A stretch of DNA of 64,000 nt from Octopus vulgaris (Eukaryota): NCBI GenBank assembly GCA_951406725.2, contig OX597820.1, forward strand, positions 75,144,001 through 75,208,000, in the 5' to 3' direction. The notes below the pieces were generated by a model. It saw nothing but the letters and a program-made list of their open reading frames with translations. It did no database searches and was not told where the DNA came from. The position numbers and the translations under genes were made by a program. Positions 13,401 to 27,309 of the stretch are shown here, piece after piece; positions within the stretch are counted from its first letter, which is position 1, and each line of letters begins with the position of its first letter.

Positions 13401-13708
13401 TTTATGAGTTTATATGACTCGCGAAGGAACTTTACTTATGAGTCTATTTGACACGCGAAGGATTTTTACTTCTGACTCTATATAACTCGCAAAAGAACTT
13501 TACTTACGAGTGTATATGACTGGCGTAGGAACTTTATTTAGGTGTCTATATGACTGGCGAAGGAACTTTACTAATGAGTCTATATGACTGGCGAAGGAAC
13601 TTTATTTAGGTGTCTATACGCCTCGCGAAGGAACTTTACTTATGAGTTTATATGACTCGCGAATGAACTTTACTTCTGAGTCTATATGACTCGAGAAGGA
13701 ATTTTACA
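13401..13708 (+). repeat. 34-bp minisatellite, about 9 copies
   Basis: Unit TTTACTTATGAGTCTATATGACTCGCGAAGGAAC, contiguous with no spacers; follows a degenerate SINE (about 13255-13400). Confidence 0.9.
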
Positions 13709-16700
13709 TTTTATAAAAAAAACACAGATTCAAACAATGAATTAAATCTGTAGGATACTGGCACTCTGAAGATGTTTGATTATGCACCGTATTCACACGT
13801 GATAGTCGATTCGACGCTTTCAAACAGGACAGAAAGCATGCTATTCTGGTATTTAGGTGTGGAAAAATAACGTAGTTGATTTTCTTTATGTATCGTCAGT
13901 AAAATCATTCTCATTCTTGACGATTCTAGTGTTGGTGATTCCTTTTCGAATACATGAATAAAGTATTCACTTCTTTTCTGACCTACATTTTCCCTTCGCA
14001 TATTCATTTCAAAACAATTAAACTGATAAACAACATCGCCAGAACAGTTTTGACGGATATGCAGTCATCATGGTTCCCACTGTTTTCACTCCAACTAAAC
14101 GTATTAAAAATCTCAAAATATGTCAACAGTTCACTGATTTTTGTTGGTATCTTAAGTATTTCATCTACTCAGAAACTCACCATAATAGATATAGCGTTCA
14201 TATTCCTTTAAATTCATGATTGTGTGATTATACGTAAGAATAATTAATAAAACAAAGTAAGCAACAGTTTTGAATATTGTTTTCTAATTTTTAAACCTCA
14301 AAGAGTTTCTTTTTGTCAAAACCTTCCCCGTGGATTGTACCAGTACTTATTTCCATGTCTCCATTATGTAACAAACTGAAAAAAACGTCTGGAACCATAG
14401 CTCTACCACCTTAAAAGAAGATACGATAAATTATGTCTTATAAGTGTGGGGTATACTTATATTTTCTCTAAAATATATATACGTGATGGTGATGTCTTCA
14501 ATGTCTTTGATCATGCAACTTCCGTAGAACTAACAATTAGGTTACTTTAGTTTTTTTTTATTCCAGATCTAAGTCTAAGCAGCAACAACTTCGTATTTGT
14601 CAGCTTCTGGAACATTTAGAGGTGTTGGTTGATTGAATTTTCCATTACATACTACATTGCATTAGTAACTATAGTTTGAACGAAACATTACATTGTTTTA
14701 CTAAAAAACAATACACACGTCTGTAATTTATAGCTTAGAAAATATACCTATTTCCCCCCCCCCCCATCCCTTGATATTTCTTTAAAATAGATTGAATTAG
14801 AAGACTAAGTGAAATATAAACGAAACATTTCTTTCTTGTGGAGAGACGTATTGCACATTTTTTATGATTTATGGACGAAGGAAATGTTATGTTTCTGTTT
14901 GCCAAAAACATTTTCTTGAAACCACTAACATTTATATTTATGCTTTGTTTAATGTGAATAAAATTTAAAGAGAGATAAAAGACAAAGGAAAATGCAAACA
15001 TTTGTTTGTGAATATGGCAGAAACCACAAAGTGTGTGTATTGCTTTTTCGTTGAATATAAACATATTTGACAATATATGACAATATAATAGAACCCAAAA
15101 TATATTTTGCAGAAAATGAAATACTGCCAATGTTACTCAGTCAAATATTGGCAATCTTGTTACATTTTCTGCAAAGTGGTGGCGTTGTCATTCAAATAAA
15201 TGTAGCTAAGGCCACCGAATATTTGTAAATCGAGAAAACAAAAATAAACGAATGATAAACAAAACAAGAGAAGAAATATATTGGTTGGAACTTAATAGAA
15301 ATAGCGAATTCATATCTAAAAGAAACCAAGTCAAATTGATCAATCAAAAAGTGACATGAATGACAGTTTCTTAGCTTTGTAGGGAGCGAGAAATAAAAAC
15401 TAGTTTCATAAAAATAAGTACATATGACCTGTTAAAAAAAATGATATTGTTGCAAATACAAATTTGAAAGTCTAGTCTCGTATTTAGAAATGTATTTAGA
15501 AGTCGAGTGTGAGAAATATTTAAATACATTTACGTCGTTATACATATAGAAGGCATCACATATTTAGGGGAAAAAGTAAATGGTTTTGTATAAAGTAACA
15601 ATATTTGTAATGGCCTATCCTTTTATATTTTGATACACGTTAGATCTCAATAGAACATTTTATGGAAGTTCTTTAAAGTAGCATGGATATTTCAGTTGAA
15701 AAGTTTAACAATCAAAGACCTAGTTTTACTATCGATTGAACAAGCACTTCTTGTTTTACTCGTGTCTGATACAAACACAGTAAAATCAACAAAATTCGAC
15801 GTCAGTCAGATGGAATAAAACATTTTTTTGATAAACTCTGACAGGTGAAGAGTGTTTCGGTGTGTACATTTAGGAGAAATATTTTAACAGAGTTTGTTTC
15901 ATACTAAATGTATAAAACTTATTGATAAGTATTAAAACTTACCTATGGATTTTAGAAATATTATTTAATTTACTCTCTTGATGAGTAAAAAGGTGTTAAA
16001 CCTATTCTGCAACTGACAGTGGACAAAATTCTTAATTATTGTTTACAAACGACATCTATGAAGGAAATATAATGAACGCTAAATGGACATAATTATATAA
16101 CACGTAAAATGAAAGAGTATTATTCATTTAGTATTACAATTTTTCATTCTTTCGGCAAAAACAGAAGCAACTCCAATTGATTATTACAGTTATTAGACTT
16201 CCTCAGCCATGTTTAACATCCTTGTAAATGTCCAAGTAACAAGGCTCATTAGGTCACCTAAATCATTTTAATAGGTCAGAGGTTAAATTACTTGATTTTG
16301 GTTAATTATCAGGGAAATTAACTTGTTGCCACCTTGCAAAATCTTTATATTTTGATGTCATATTTTGATTTACATTTCTGCCGATTAGAATGGAATATTT
16401 GTGGAGATAACATTTAAGGTTTTAGCTGTTTATGTTTCATTTAGGCACAAACAACTACAGACATTTAATTATCAAATTTAATTTATTTTTAATCTACTTC
16501 GTGCCACAAACATATTGATTTCATACTCGAGCATCTAAAGGACTATGTTGACAAACATGTTCTTTGTAGTATTTAGTGAAATGTGATAGGCATTTTATTT
16601 TCAGTTCTATTGATGGAACCTATATAGGTTTTTGCCACTGTCATAAGTGCACAATAAACTAAACACCTCTATCAATAATCTATAACTGTCTCTTTCTCTA

Positions 16701-17572
16701 CTTAGCTTCTAATTTACAATTTCGCTATAACACTCAGATAATTGTTGGTTTCATAAAATCAAACAACCTTTGGTTTTTATGTGACTTAATTAACTCAATT
16801 ATTATTCACTGAATCTCAACAACGTCCACAAGAACTGATCTTTTGAATTGATAGCCTCTCATCTTCATAACTGACCAAAGGAAGGGTCGAATCATTATAG
16901 TTAACAATATTTTTGAAGTATTCTCATTTTATTTATTTAGATATGATGTTTATTGTTTAATCAGTTATACTTTTATTGATAATGAAACAATAAAAATATT
17001 TCTAAGCAAGTGCTTATGCAAATTAAAATTTCATGAATTTCAAGGACTTATATTTAATTGGTTTCATCGAACTCAAAAGGATGAAAGGCAAAGTCGACCA
17101 CACCGGAAATGAAAATCAGAACATGGAGAAAGCAGGATCGTCAGCACGCCGAGCATAACGCTTAGCGGCATTTCGTCCATTTTAACGCTCTGAGTTCAAA
17201 TTCAGCTGACGTTGACTTTGCAGAGTCAATAAAATAAACAACACTCAAATACTGTAATCGATGTAATCGACTTACGCCCTTTCTCGAAATTGTTAGCCTT
17301 GTGGGAAAATATGAAACCAATATTAGACAGATATACTGAATGTATTAGAGTATTTCTTTTGAATCATTCTCATGATATCATCTGGAATTATATTTGGTCT
17401 AAATTGATGAATAGCTATCATTGACACACTTAAGATAATTCAATTGACATTTGTATTTATACCTTCGAAATTTACAGCTGTACGTGATCAAATGAAAATA
17501 ATGGTATCTGAAAGCGTTCAGTCTTTTATAATCAAACGTCCAATAGTTTTATCAGTAAAAATTATCCTTATT

Positions 17573-17896
17573 TTCTGTTGTGTCTGGGGAGAGTCATTTT
17601 CTTTTCGTGTCTTATTATTTAACACACTCACCGGTATAATTTCCATTTATTTCTTATTTTTATTTTCCTAAAATTTTCGTTGCATGTTGCAACCTTTTCA
17701 ATAGCTTTGTTCCTAAAATGTTCGTTGCGTGTTGCAACCTTTTCAATGGTTTTGACTCTCAAAACTATTGAAAAGGTTGCAACACGCAACGAAAATTTTA
17801 GGAAAATAAAAATAAGAAATAAGTGGAAATTTTACCGGTGAGTGTGTTAAATAATAAAGCACGAAAAGAAAATGACTTTCCCCAGACACAACAGAA
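17573..17896. mobile_element. Palindromic MITE-like/foldback element
   Basis: TTCTGTTGTGTCTGGGGA...TCCCCAGACACAACAGAA with arms of about 130-140 bp that are near-perfect reverse complements; the left arm has an internal duplication of about 44 bp. Confidence 0.85.
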
Positions 17897-18521
17897 TATG
17901 CTTCAACACACGAACTCATATAAAGAATATTGCAAACCAAATTCAAAAACGAAATATCCTTATTTTCTTATTTCTAAAAATTCATTTTATGATTTTGAAA
18001 TACAAATGACGTTGGTAATTATAGGTAATAATTATAATAACAAAATACATAATTAGCATTGATTAACATCACTTCACATTAACAGTATAAAAATATTGTA
18101 GATAATGAAAGTGCGGGCCCGTCGTTTAGCGATTACCGTATTGCATCCATAATCGCAAGATTGTATTTTCAATATTTGGATCGAGCGAAAACTTCTGCTC
18201 TTGAGCAAAACACTTTATTTCACGTTGCTCAATTCCACTCAGCTGACAACAGTTAGTCAACCTGCGCTGCCCCGGTTTCTTATCCAGTGGGGAAATATAT
18301 ACGCCACAGATTCCGGAAAATCGACCAGATGAACATGTTGATCGGGTAGGACCATTGCGAATGATATTAGGTAAGCAAAAGGAGAAGAATGCAATGTATA
18401 TTATTGTCATAATTGTTTACCGAGAAAAAAGATTACAACTCTGATTATTGTTATGCATTCAACATATGCAACAATATCATGAACAGCATGTAAACTCGTA
18501 TATTGTAAAATAAACTGTATG

Positions 18522-18708
18522 CGTAGGAGTGGCTGTGTGGTAAGTATTTTGCCTACGAACCACATGGTTTCGGATTCAGTCCCACTGCGTGACATCTTGG
18601 GCGAGTGTCTTCTACTATAGCCTCGGGCCGACCAAAACATTGTGAGTGGAAAGAGGACCGTCGTATATATGTATATATATAAAAATCTATATATATATAT
18701 ATATATTT

Positions 18709-18759
<51 letters not shown>

Positions 18760-19032
18760 GTATGTATGTATGTATGTATGTATGTATGTATGTATGTATG
18801 TATGTATGTATGTATGTATGTATGTGTATATGTTTCTGCGTCTGGGTTTGTCCCCCTAACGTCGCTTGACAATGCTGGTGTGTTTACATCCCCGTGACAT
18901 AGCGGCTCGGCACAAAGAGACCGATAGAATAAGTACTAGGCTTACAGAGAATAAGTCCTGGGGTCAATTTACTCGACTAAAGGTGGTGCTCCAGCATGGC
19001 CACAGTCAAATGACTGAAACATGTAAAAGAGT
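18522..19032 (+). mobile_element. CORE-type SINE (OR-like) with expanded (TA)/(TATG) tract
   Basis: Family match. Confidence 0.85.
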
Positions 19033-19269
19033 ATATAATATTCGTGTCCCAGAATTGAATAATGCAAGGAAAAAAAGTTTCTATGTGTAGCTTCCTTTCC
19101 GGCAATGAGCACCATACCAAGAAATCTGCATGTATTTCTTGTGTATATCAAACGTACAATACTGGTACATCTCATTCCAGCAATGTGTTTTATTGTCTAT
19201 GAATTTCAAAAACGTTATAACTCTCAGATCATGGGACTATACACCACTTAATATATATATATATATATA

Positions 19270-19488
19270 CCAAAAGGGGCTAAACATAGAGGAGACAAAG
19301 AAGGACAGACAAACGGATTAAGTCGATTATATCGACCCCAGTGCGTAACTGGTACTTATTTAATCGACCCTGAAAGGATGAAAGGCAAAGTCGACCTCGG
19401 CGGAATTTGAGCTCAGAACGTAACGGCAGACGAAATACCGCTAAGTATTTCCACCGGCGCGCTAACGTTTCTCCTAGCACGCCACCTT
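19270..19488 (-). mobile_element. tRNA-derived SINE (Tx1-like tail)
   Basis: Family match to 7893-8125. Confidence 0.85.
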
Positions 19489-21597
19489 AGTATATATATT
19501 AATGCAAGAATATATTCGGGGTTTTCACCATACTTGTCAAAAAAATAAAAAATGATCCGTTGTGCTCTGTATGGCACAGTTCAAGTTTTTAAAAATACGT
19601 ATCTTTAATTTAATTTTGTTTAATTACTGCCCTTGATTTTCTGCCCCAGGTTTAATAATTCAGCGTCTTTCCCACAAAACGGAAGTAATTTTAATTGTTT
19701 TTGGTACACTAAATTAACCATATGATCCTTCAGTCGGATGAATTATATTCTTCCATGGACAAGGAAGTAATTATCCCTAGCATACAGCAGCATTTAATAA
19801 ATTGATAACATAGCACTATAAAACGTTTGCTCCTGTCAAAAACTCTTTGAAAGCACTATCGTCGCCATCATCATTTGTTTTGGGGTCTTTTTGTGTGTCT
19901 GTGTGTTTGCAGGCACGCGTACGCGGCCTTCTGCCAAATTAGAAAAACCATTAAAATATATAATATAAAACTTTACAAGTGGTATTATTTGGCCTGCCAA
20001 ATCACCTCACAGAGGCGAATAATGTGCCAAGTTTTGATTAATAAATTCAAATGTGCTTAAGTGTGCTTACTTAATAGTTAAATAGCCCATACTTCAATAT
20101 AATTAAAATAATCGTGTTTTACTCTATATGAAATAAACGAATTTTCATATTTTTCACAAACATTAAACGACTTTTAGCATCGAAGTCATACAGAGAAAAT
20201 GAAGCTAGTTTATGTTCTGACCACATTTCTCTTTCATTTCTCTGTCTCTTTCTTTCGTCCCAGGTGATCAAGATATGAAACGAATAAAGTTTTATTAATA
20301 TAACTATCTCGATGCACAGATTCAGCATTTTACGGCCTGCGGCAAATAAACGTCATACCGGGGAGTTTGCGTTCTGTTGTAACGCAGCCCACTGAAAGAT
20401 ATAGACTGAAGACTATTTAATATTCTATTCAATATTTTATAATGATGTGACAATATATGTCATTTATAATGTTAGATTTTCTCATAACAAATTTCCATAA
20501 TCCATCGTTCATTTCTACAATTTATAGCCGTGGTGTTGAACGTTTGAAAGCGCAAGAGCAATGCTAGCCAATTACCGAAACAAGTTTTTTTTCCTAGTAA
20601 ACGTCAATTCATATTACTTACGCAATTAATATTCTAGAAAATGTCACGAAAATTATATAATTTTATTTGCTTTCCCTATAAATTTCTGTGAATTTTGCGA
20701 AAATAAAACTTCAATTCTTCTAACGCAGTGGTAGTAATAACTGATATATATAGAAGGAACGCCGTCGATAGAGTCAAATATATTAAAGGTTTTGCGTCGG
20801 GTAATTGGGAAGATCAGGTGATTTACATATCCAGCAAGACATCAACTGCTGAAATATGCAAAGAATCTTTATTTATTCATATTTAGATAACAAATTAAAA
20901 GCAACATAAAATTAAGTATTGGCACGATGATGCGAGTAAATATGGAATTTACACACCTTGGTAATCATAAAAATTATTTTTATGAGGAAAATATCTTTTT
21001 CTTGTATCAAAGTTTTAAAATACTTGCAAATAAAGGTATGACATGTCGTTAAATATTGATCATAAATGTGGAAGTATTTATATTCCTCTTACTAATTAAA
21101 TCAATCAATATATGCTGCTATTAAGAAGAAGTATCGACAATTATCACGTAATACTATTGATTTGTTTCGATTATAGAGAAAGCCAATAGCTACCAGGCTG
21201 CATTAGTGTACACACACACAAAACTGAATCATCACAATCACGATATAGCTGGCACACATAGTCGTAAATTATAAGTCGGTATTGGTGAATACTTGACTTC
21301 AGAGCTAAACTAACGCAAAGATATATAAGGGTTTCAGTTATAACAGAGCCCATCTCTGATAACACTGCACTACGTGAATACATCGTTAACTAACACACGT
21401 ACAATGTCGATTTTGCGTAGCCTTTAGTTACAAAGCCTTTCCGAATTACTGATTTCTTCCGGATCAGGGGTGATCACCTTAGTCAACAGACCCTAAAGTA
21501 GACTAATACTAAATTTATTTAAACAATTTATTGACATGCATATACCTGTACATTACTATAAATGTATATTACTATAATTTACTATAGTCACTTATTG

Positions 21598-21824
21598 CTT
21601 TATTGCCTACAAGGGGCTAAACATAGAAGGGACTGTTAGGACAGACAAAGTGATTTAGTCGATTACATCGACCCCAGTGCGCAACAGGTACTTAATTTAT
21701 CGACCCCGAAAGGATGAAAGGCAAAGTCGACCTCGGCGGAGTTTAAACTCAGAACGTAACGGTAGTCGAAATACCGCTAAGCATTTCGCCCGGCGAGCTA
21801 ACGATTTTGACAGCTCGCCGCCTT
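21598..21824 (-). mobile_element. tRNA-derived SINE (Tx1-like tail)
   Basis: Family match. Confidence 0.85.
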
Positions 21825-22972
21825 TTTTTATATATATAGTTGCTTCAGACATTCCGACGATGGCTGCTCCATTTGAACCGATCAATGGAACAGCCAGCTA
21901 CTGGAATTAGTGTGCAAGTGGCTGAGCACTCCACTGACACACATGCCCTTAACAAAGTTCTCAGGGAGATTCAGCGTGACAGAGAATGCGGTAAGCCAGG
22001 CCCTTTCAATTACAAGTACAACACATTTGCCCAAGTTACTAGCATGCGGAAGGTAACTATAATCTACTCTGGCGGCGGCGGGAGTTTGAAGTTCCTGTTT
22101 GTAAATGAGTGCGAAGTATAAGAGGTTGCTGACAATTTGTATCCGGAAGATCAGTGTTGTACATGTAATTCAGGTCAACGATAAATATCTAGAAGATAAA
22201 TATCTAGATAGATATCTAGAAGACATAACATAACGTTGGGCTAAATGTGTTCACATAATTCTACATTTTGGCTTCAAATTTCATTTGATTGTGTTTTTAT
22301 ACTTGTAATTCATTTACCTATTACAACTGAATTATTACATGCAGTAGACTACAGTGACTGAAGCAAACGGCCTTGCATTTTCTGCAGAATAATCAGGTTT
22401 GCAACTACGTATTCCAAAGAACAAAATGCAAATTTGATATAAGGCAATAAGATATTGGATGAAGATATAGATATTTAATAATAAATTTTCGCACCTAAAT
22501 TAATGATGTAATTGGAATGAAGTTGTAACTTAAATATCCAATATCCAATATCAATCGTTTATTGTAATGAAACATTAAAGAGGTTCTCTAAAACTTACTA
22601 CAAACTTACACACCTGTGAGCTACGAAATTTTCTTTTAGAGAATTGCAGAAAATCAATACTGAAAAAGCATGGTATATTTTTCATCATATCAGAGTACTA
22701 TTAAAAGAGTTTAACACCGATAAGACATCGGTCATCTCATTCTCGATCAGAGTATGATGGTTCATTTGCAGTGAATGACTGGAATCTAATTATTATACTT
22801 TTATATGAAATGCTATTGAAATCTGTTGAGTTGAATAACTAAATGATAATAAAGAACGATTTCAGTAGATCAATGCATAAGATCTACGACTCCGATTAAT
22901 TCCAGCTCTGTGGCAACTAACATGATTCGTCATACATTCTTGACTGAGCGATAATCCTATTAAGCCAAAGAG

Positions 22973-23085
22973 ATAAGCTGTTATTAAATCAACGAGACGA
23001 GGTGATGAAACAATCTACAAAGAGGTTGTAAAGCAACAGCTTAATAGCGACGAGAGGCAAACAGCGATGTCCTTAGAAATCATTG
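22973..23085 (+). repeat. 113-bp dispersed direct repeat, copy 1
   Basis: Identical by eye to 24345-24457. Confidence 0.9.
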
Positions 23086-24181
23086 GTGCTTGGAAATTGC
23101 AGACCAATTGAATTTTCTGCGCACGTATAAAATTATAGTACACGTACATATGCATACACAATGCAATCCACATTTACACACATTCACAACGTCTAACGAA
23201 TATGCATATATGTGTGTGTGCGTACATACATAATATATGCATGCATGTATATATACATATACATACACAAACTGGCATAGAAATAGATAGACAGACAGAC
23301 CGATAGATAGATAGATAGAGAGAGAGAGAGGGAGAGAGAGAGGGAGAGAGAGAGTGGGAGAGAGAGAGACAGACAGACAGAGACAGAGAAACAGAGGGAA
23401 TTATAGTATACTACATCAAGTTCTGAATGACGAGACACTGTTTGTCCATTTCCACATCATTACATTGGTCCGTACCATGCTTTGTAGGGCTTTCAAAAAC
23501 AAAAAAAAACACGATTTCCTCTCTCGGTCGATTTGAAGATGCCAACACCGACAAATTTCCTCAAAATGCCTGCATTGTAGACGGGTTCGGTTGCTGGCGG
23601 CTTCAACTCGCCCATACCTGTAGATCTTACTTTGATTAGATAATGCATGTCCGTTGTATAATATCTATTATCATATCCTTTTTTTCCCATTCATCTTTCC
23701 GCGGTCGAGATCGAGGATCATTGCCATTGACTATCTCCACACCTCCAAAATTTCTGGCCTTCTGGCCATGATAATAAGAATTATTTTCATGATATGAGAA
23801 GAAAAGTGTGAGCTCATTGGTTTTTTTGTCATTGTTGTTATTGTTATTATTGTTACTTTTCATTATACTATTCAAATTTGTGTTTTCGGAAGTTAAATTG
23901 TGACTGGACGTAAGAGAGTATTAAAATATTTTAATATCATTTTTCTCTGTTCCTCTTCATATATTTACCAATATATTTATTTATTTGTTTATTCGGAATT
24001 ATGTTTATCTTTCAATTTTTATTTTTTTATTTGTGTGTTGAAAAAATATATTACCGTTTCTTGTTTCCTTTTCAATGACTCGCTTACTTCAGTAAGCTAA
24101 TTCATGGTTATTTTCTAATTTTGTTTCGAAGCTTACTGCTCCGCCTAGTAAACAATGTCATTTTCAAAATTAGCTTCAACA

Positions 24182-24313
<132 letters not shown>

Positions 24314-24344
24314 ATATCGGCGTGTGTTTGTGACTAGAAGAATA

Positions 24345-24457
24345 ATAAGCTGTTATTAAATCAACGAGACGAGGTGATGAAACAATCTACAAAGAGGTTG
24401 TAAAGCAACAGCTTAATAGCGACGAGAGGCAAACAGCGATGTCCTTAGAAATCATTG
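24345..24457 (+). repeat. 113-bp dispersed direct repeat, copy 2
   Basis: Identical by eye to 22973-23085. Confidence 0.9.
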
Positions 24458-25274
24458 TTGCTGGAAACATAAGTGAAATTGTTTTTGACCTCTCCCATGT
24501 ATCACGTGGCACACAGGACACGTTTCCATGGCATCCATGCATCATATATGATATACATTCCCAATAGTACTCCTGTCTACCTCGTGTATTGATGCAAACC
24601 TTCCTACTTTCCAAACAACTCATGTCTGTAAAACTAAAGAAAAGAAAGGTAATGATATCTGTCCCATAAAACTAATCAATAAAACAAAACGGCCTTGAGA
24701 TACGTCCATTCATGACAAACACAAATGTTTGATAATGAATTTTGCATAGGTATAAGACCTGAATATTAAATCGACCCCACAGCTGGTCTAGTTTTATATT
24801 TTATCTAACACGGAGGGATGGGGGCAAATTGATTTTCCACGGCTGAATTCAGAGCGTATAGATCTGGATGAAATATTCTATTTCATTTCGTCCAGTGCTT
24901 TAACGACTCTATAAATCGGTCACCAAGATTTAGATAATTTTTTATCTAATTTTGTCAGAATGTCAGCAATTTTGGAGGGAGTGGGAACGTCTATTACATA
25001 GACATCAGTATGCGGTTGGCACACATTTCATCAACTCAGAAAGGATGAAAGCAAAGCTGACTTGAGCGGGATGTAAATACAGAACATTAAGAACCGGAAA
25101 AAATCATTATTCATTTTGTCCGGCGCTTTAACTATTTTAGAAATACACTGTACCAGCAGTAACAACCCTTTCTTCTTTAGGGACACATTTTGAAACTTTA
25201 GGAGAGGCATTGCTGGTTCAAGATGAACTCTATATACAGAGTAGATTTCTTTTGGCAAACAGGTCCACCATACA

Positions 25275-25388
25275 TAACACCTTGATCACCTTGACCGACC
25301 AGACCGTCGAGCATCCATTTGATACCGCTGGTCACAGCACGCTGTCCACTCCTCTCTGAATCGCGGCTTTCTCATCCACGTTATACCA
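25275..25388 (-). mobile_element. RTE-like LINE extreme 3' fragment
   Basis: Minus translation GITWMRKPRFREEWTACCDQRYQMDARRSGRSR* (W...R..W end pattern) with a short TCAAGGTG tail repeat. Confidence 0.45.
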
Positions 25389-25389
25389 A

Positions 25390-25546
25390 TCAATGAGTCG
25401 ACAGCATTGATATTCGCAGATAACTTCAGCATAGAATTATACCACAATATATGTATGGTGATATGGTGGTGGGTTCACCATACATATATTGTGGTATAAT
25501 TCTATGCTGAAGGTATCTGCGAATATCAACACTGTTGATTCATTGA
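25390..25546. repeat. Inverted repeat/hairpin, 72-bp arms with 13-nt loop
   Basis: 25390-25461 pairs with 25475-25546; the inner 55 bp has one mismatch. Confidence 0.9.
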
Positions 25547-25687
25547 AACACGGTGACTTCCGGGTAAAATAATATGTCTTGTCTCTAGATCTGGCCCTGA
25601 AGTGATGATAGTATCCGAAGGATAGTAAGGGAAGTGAATAAGGTTTAGATATCTACATGTAACTTCAATATTACAATCACCATAATT

Positions 25688-25730
<43 letters not shown>

Positions 25731-26422
25731 TCATATATCCTCATATATAAATTTATATAATTCGTTATTATATTCACTGCGGTGTTTATTTTAACTATAT
25801 CGTGCTTATGGGGTGTTTTGGCGGGCAATTTAACTGGCCGTGTGCATACGTACATATGTATGTATGTATGGACGTTCGTATACGTAAGTATATCGTTTGT
25901 TCTGCATATATATATCTGTATTTATGTACCCTTGATATATTCAATTGATGACGGTAAAGCTTATATAAAGCAAAACCAGAAAGGCAATTATCCCTCGCGA
26001 TCTCCTGCAACCCTATAAGAACTAACAACGCTTCATGCTTTCTCAATTATAACCTTTATTACCCTAGCAAATTGTTTGCATTTCTATGGCTTGGAGCACA
26101 TTCTTTAACAGTAGCAAACATAGATCCTGTCATAAGACAAAGAAAGTTTGTAACAGCCGAGACTACCAACACGTTTTTCAACTGTTTTTTTGCTTATGAA
26201 TCTGTTTTATTGTATTTACTGACTGTATCTCAATTAGTATTATAAACACTACTTTATTTAATCTAATCAACATCAAAATAATCGTTTTCATTACAATTAT
26301 GATTTATTATTTACACTAGTGCTCTAATTATCCACTTAACTTATTCATTAATTTGGCCAATGTGGGTTTTTATGCAACAATCGATCTATAATTTCTTAAT
26401 CACACTGTCATATGATAAATAA

Positions 26423-26823
26423 TCTTTTCTACTTTAGGCACAAGGCCTGAAATATTGGGGGAGGGGACTAGTCGATTACATCAACCCCAGTGTTGCATTG
26501 GTTCTTAGTTTACCGACCCCAAAAGGATGAAAGGCATAGTCGACCTCGGCGGAATTTGAACTCAGAACGTAGCGGCAGACGAAATACCTATTTCTTTTTT
26601 CTACCCACAAGGGGCTAAACACAGAGAGGAAAAGCAAGGACAAACAAACGGATTAAGTCGATTATATCGACCCCAATGCATAACTGGTACTTATTTAATC
26701 GACCCCGAAAGGTTGAAAGGCAAAGTCGATCTCGGCGAAATTTGATCTCAGAACGTAACGGCAGACGAAATACCGCTAAGCATTTCGCCCGGCGTGCTAA
26801 CGATTCTACCAGCTCTCCCCCTT
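26423..26823 (-). mobile_element. Dimeric tRNA-derived SINE
   Basis: Two family units; junction GAAATACC|TATTTC at 26588/26589. Confidence 0.85.
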
Positions 26824-27136
26824 AGTATATGACAAATAATATAACGTACGCTAGATTAGGTTTCTGTCATGAAAGTAAAAACGACCTTAGTATAACCTGA
26901 AGCAGTATCTTTCAACGCGTTCTTCTTTATTCACTTCTTCTTTATTCACTTCTAACAATAGAAGAACTAGCTATATACGGGTTAATTTTCTTCGTATCCA
27001 TTTATATTGTCGTGGTAGCTTATGTTGTCAATGGTAAATTAAAATGTCGTGCTATTATTTATTCATAGACTATTTATACTAACGTAGAAGCAGTGACTTT
27101 CATATTCTCGTATATGTATATGTGTGTGTGTGTGTG

Positions 27137-27174
<38 letters not shown>

Positions 27175-27309
27175 TGTTTGTGTGTACATATTTACATACA
27201 CACGCACATGCACACATATGTATTCACGCACTCGCAAAATCTCACACCAGTATTTCTATGAGGCACCTTTGAACAATTGTGATCATCCATGATCACACAT
27301 ACAAACATA

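Noticed and set aside
13401-13708. CRISPR-like array of 34-bp palindromic repeats
   Set aside because: Units are contiguous with no unique spacers, there are no cas genes, and the context is eukaryotic.
23493-23690. Moderately GC-rich segment with short ORFs on both strands
   Set aside because: No recognisable motif or consistent splice-site pair.
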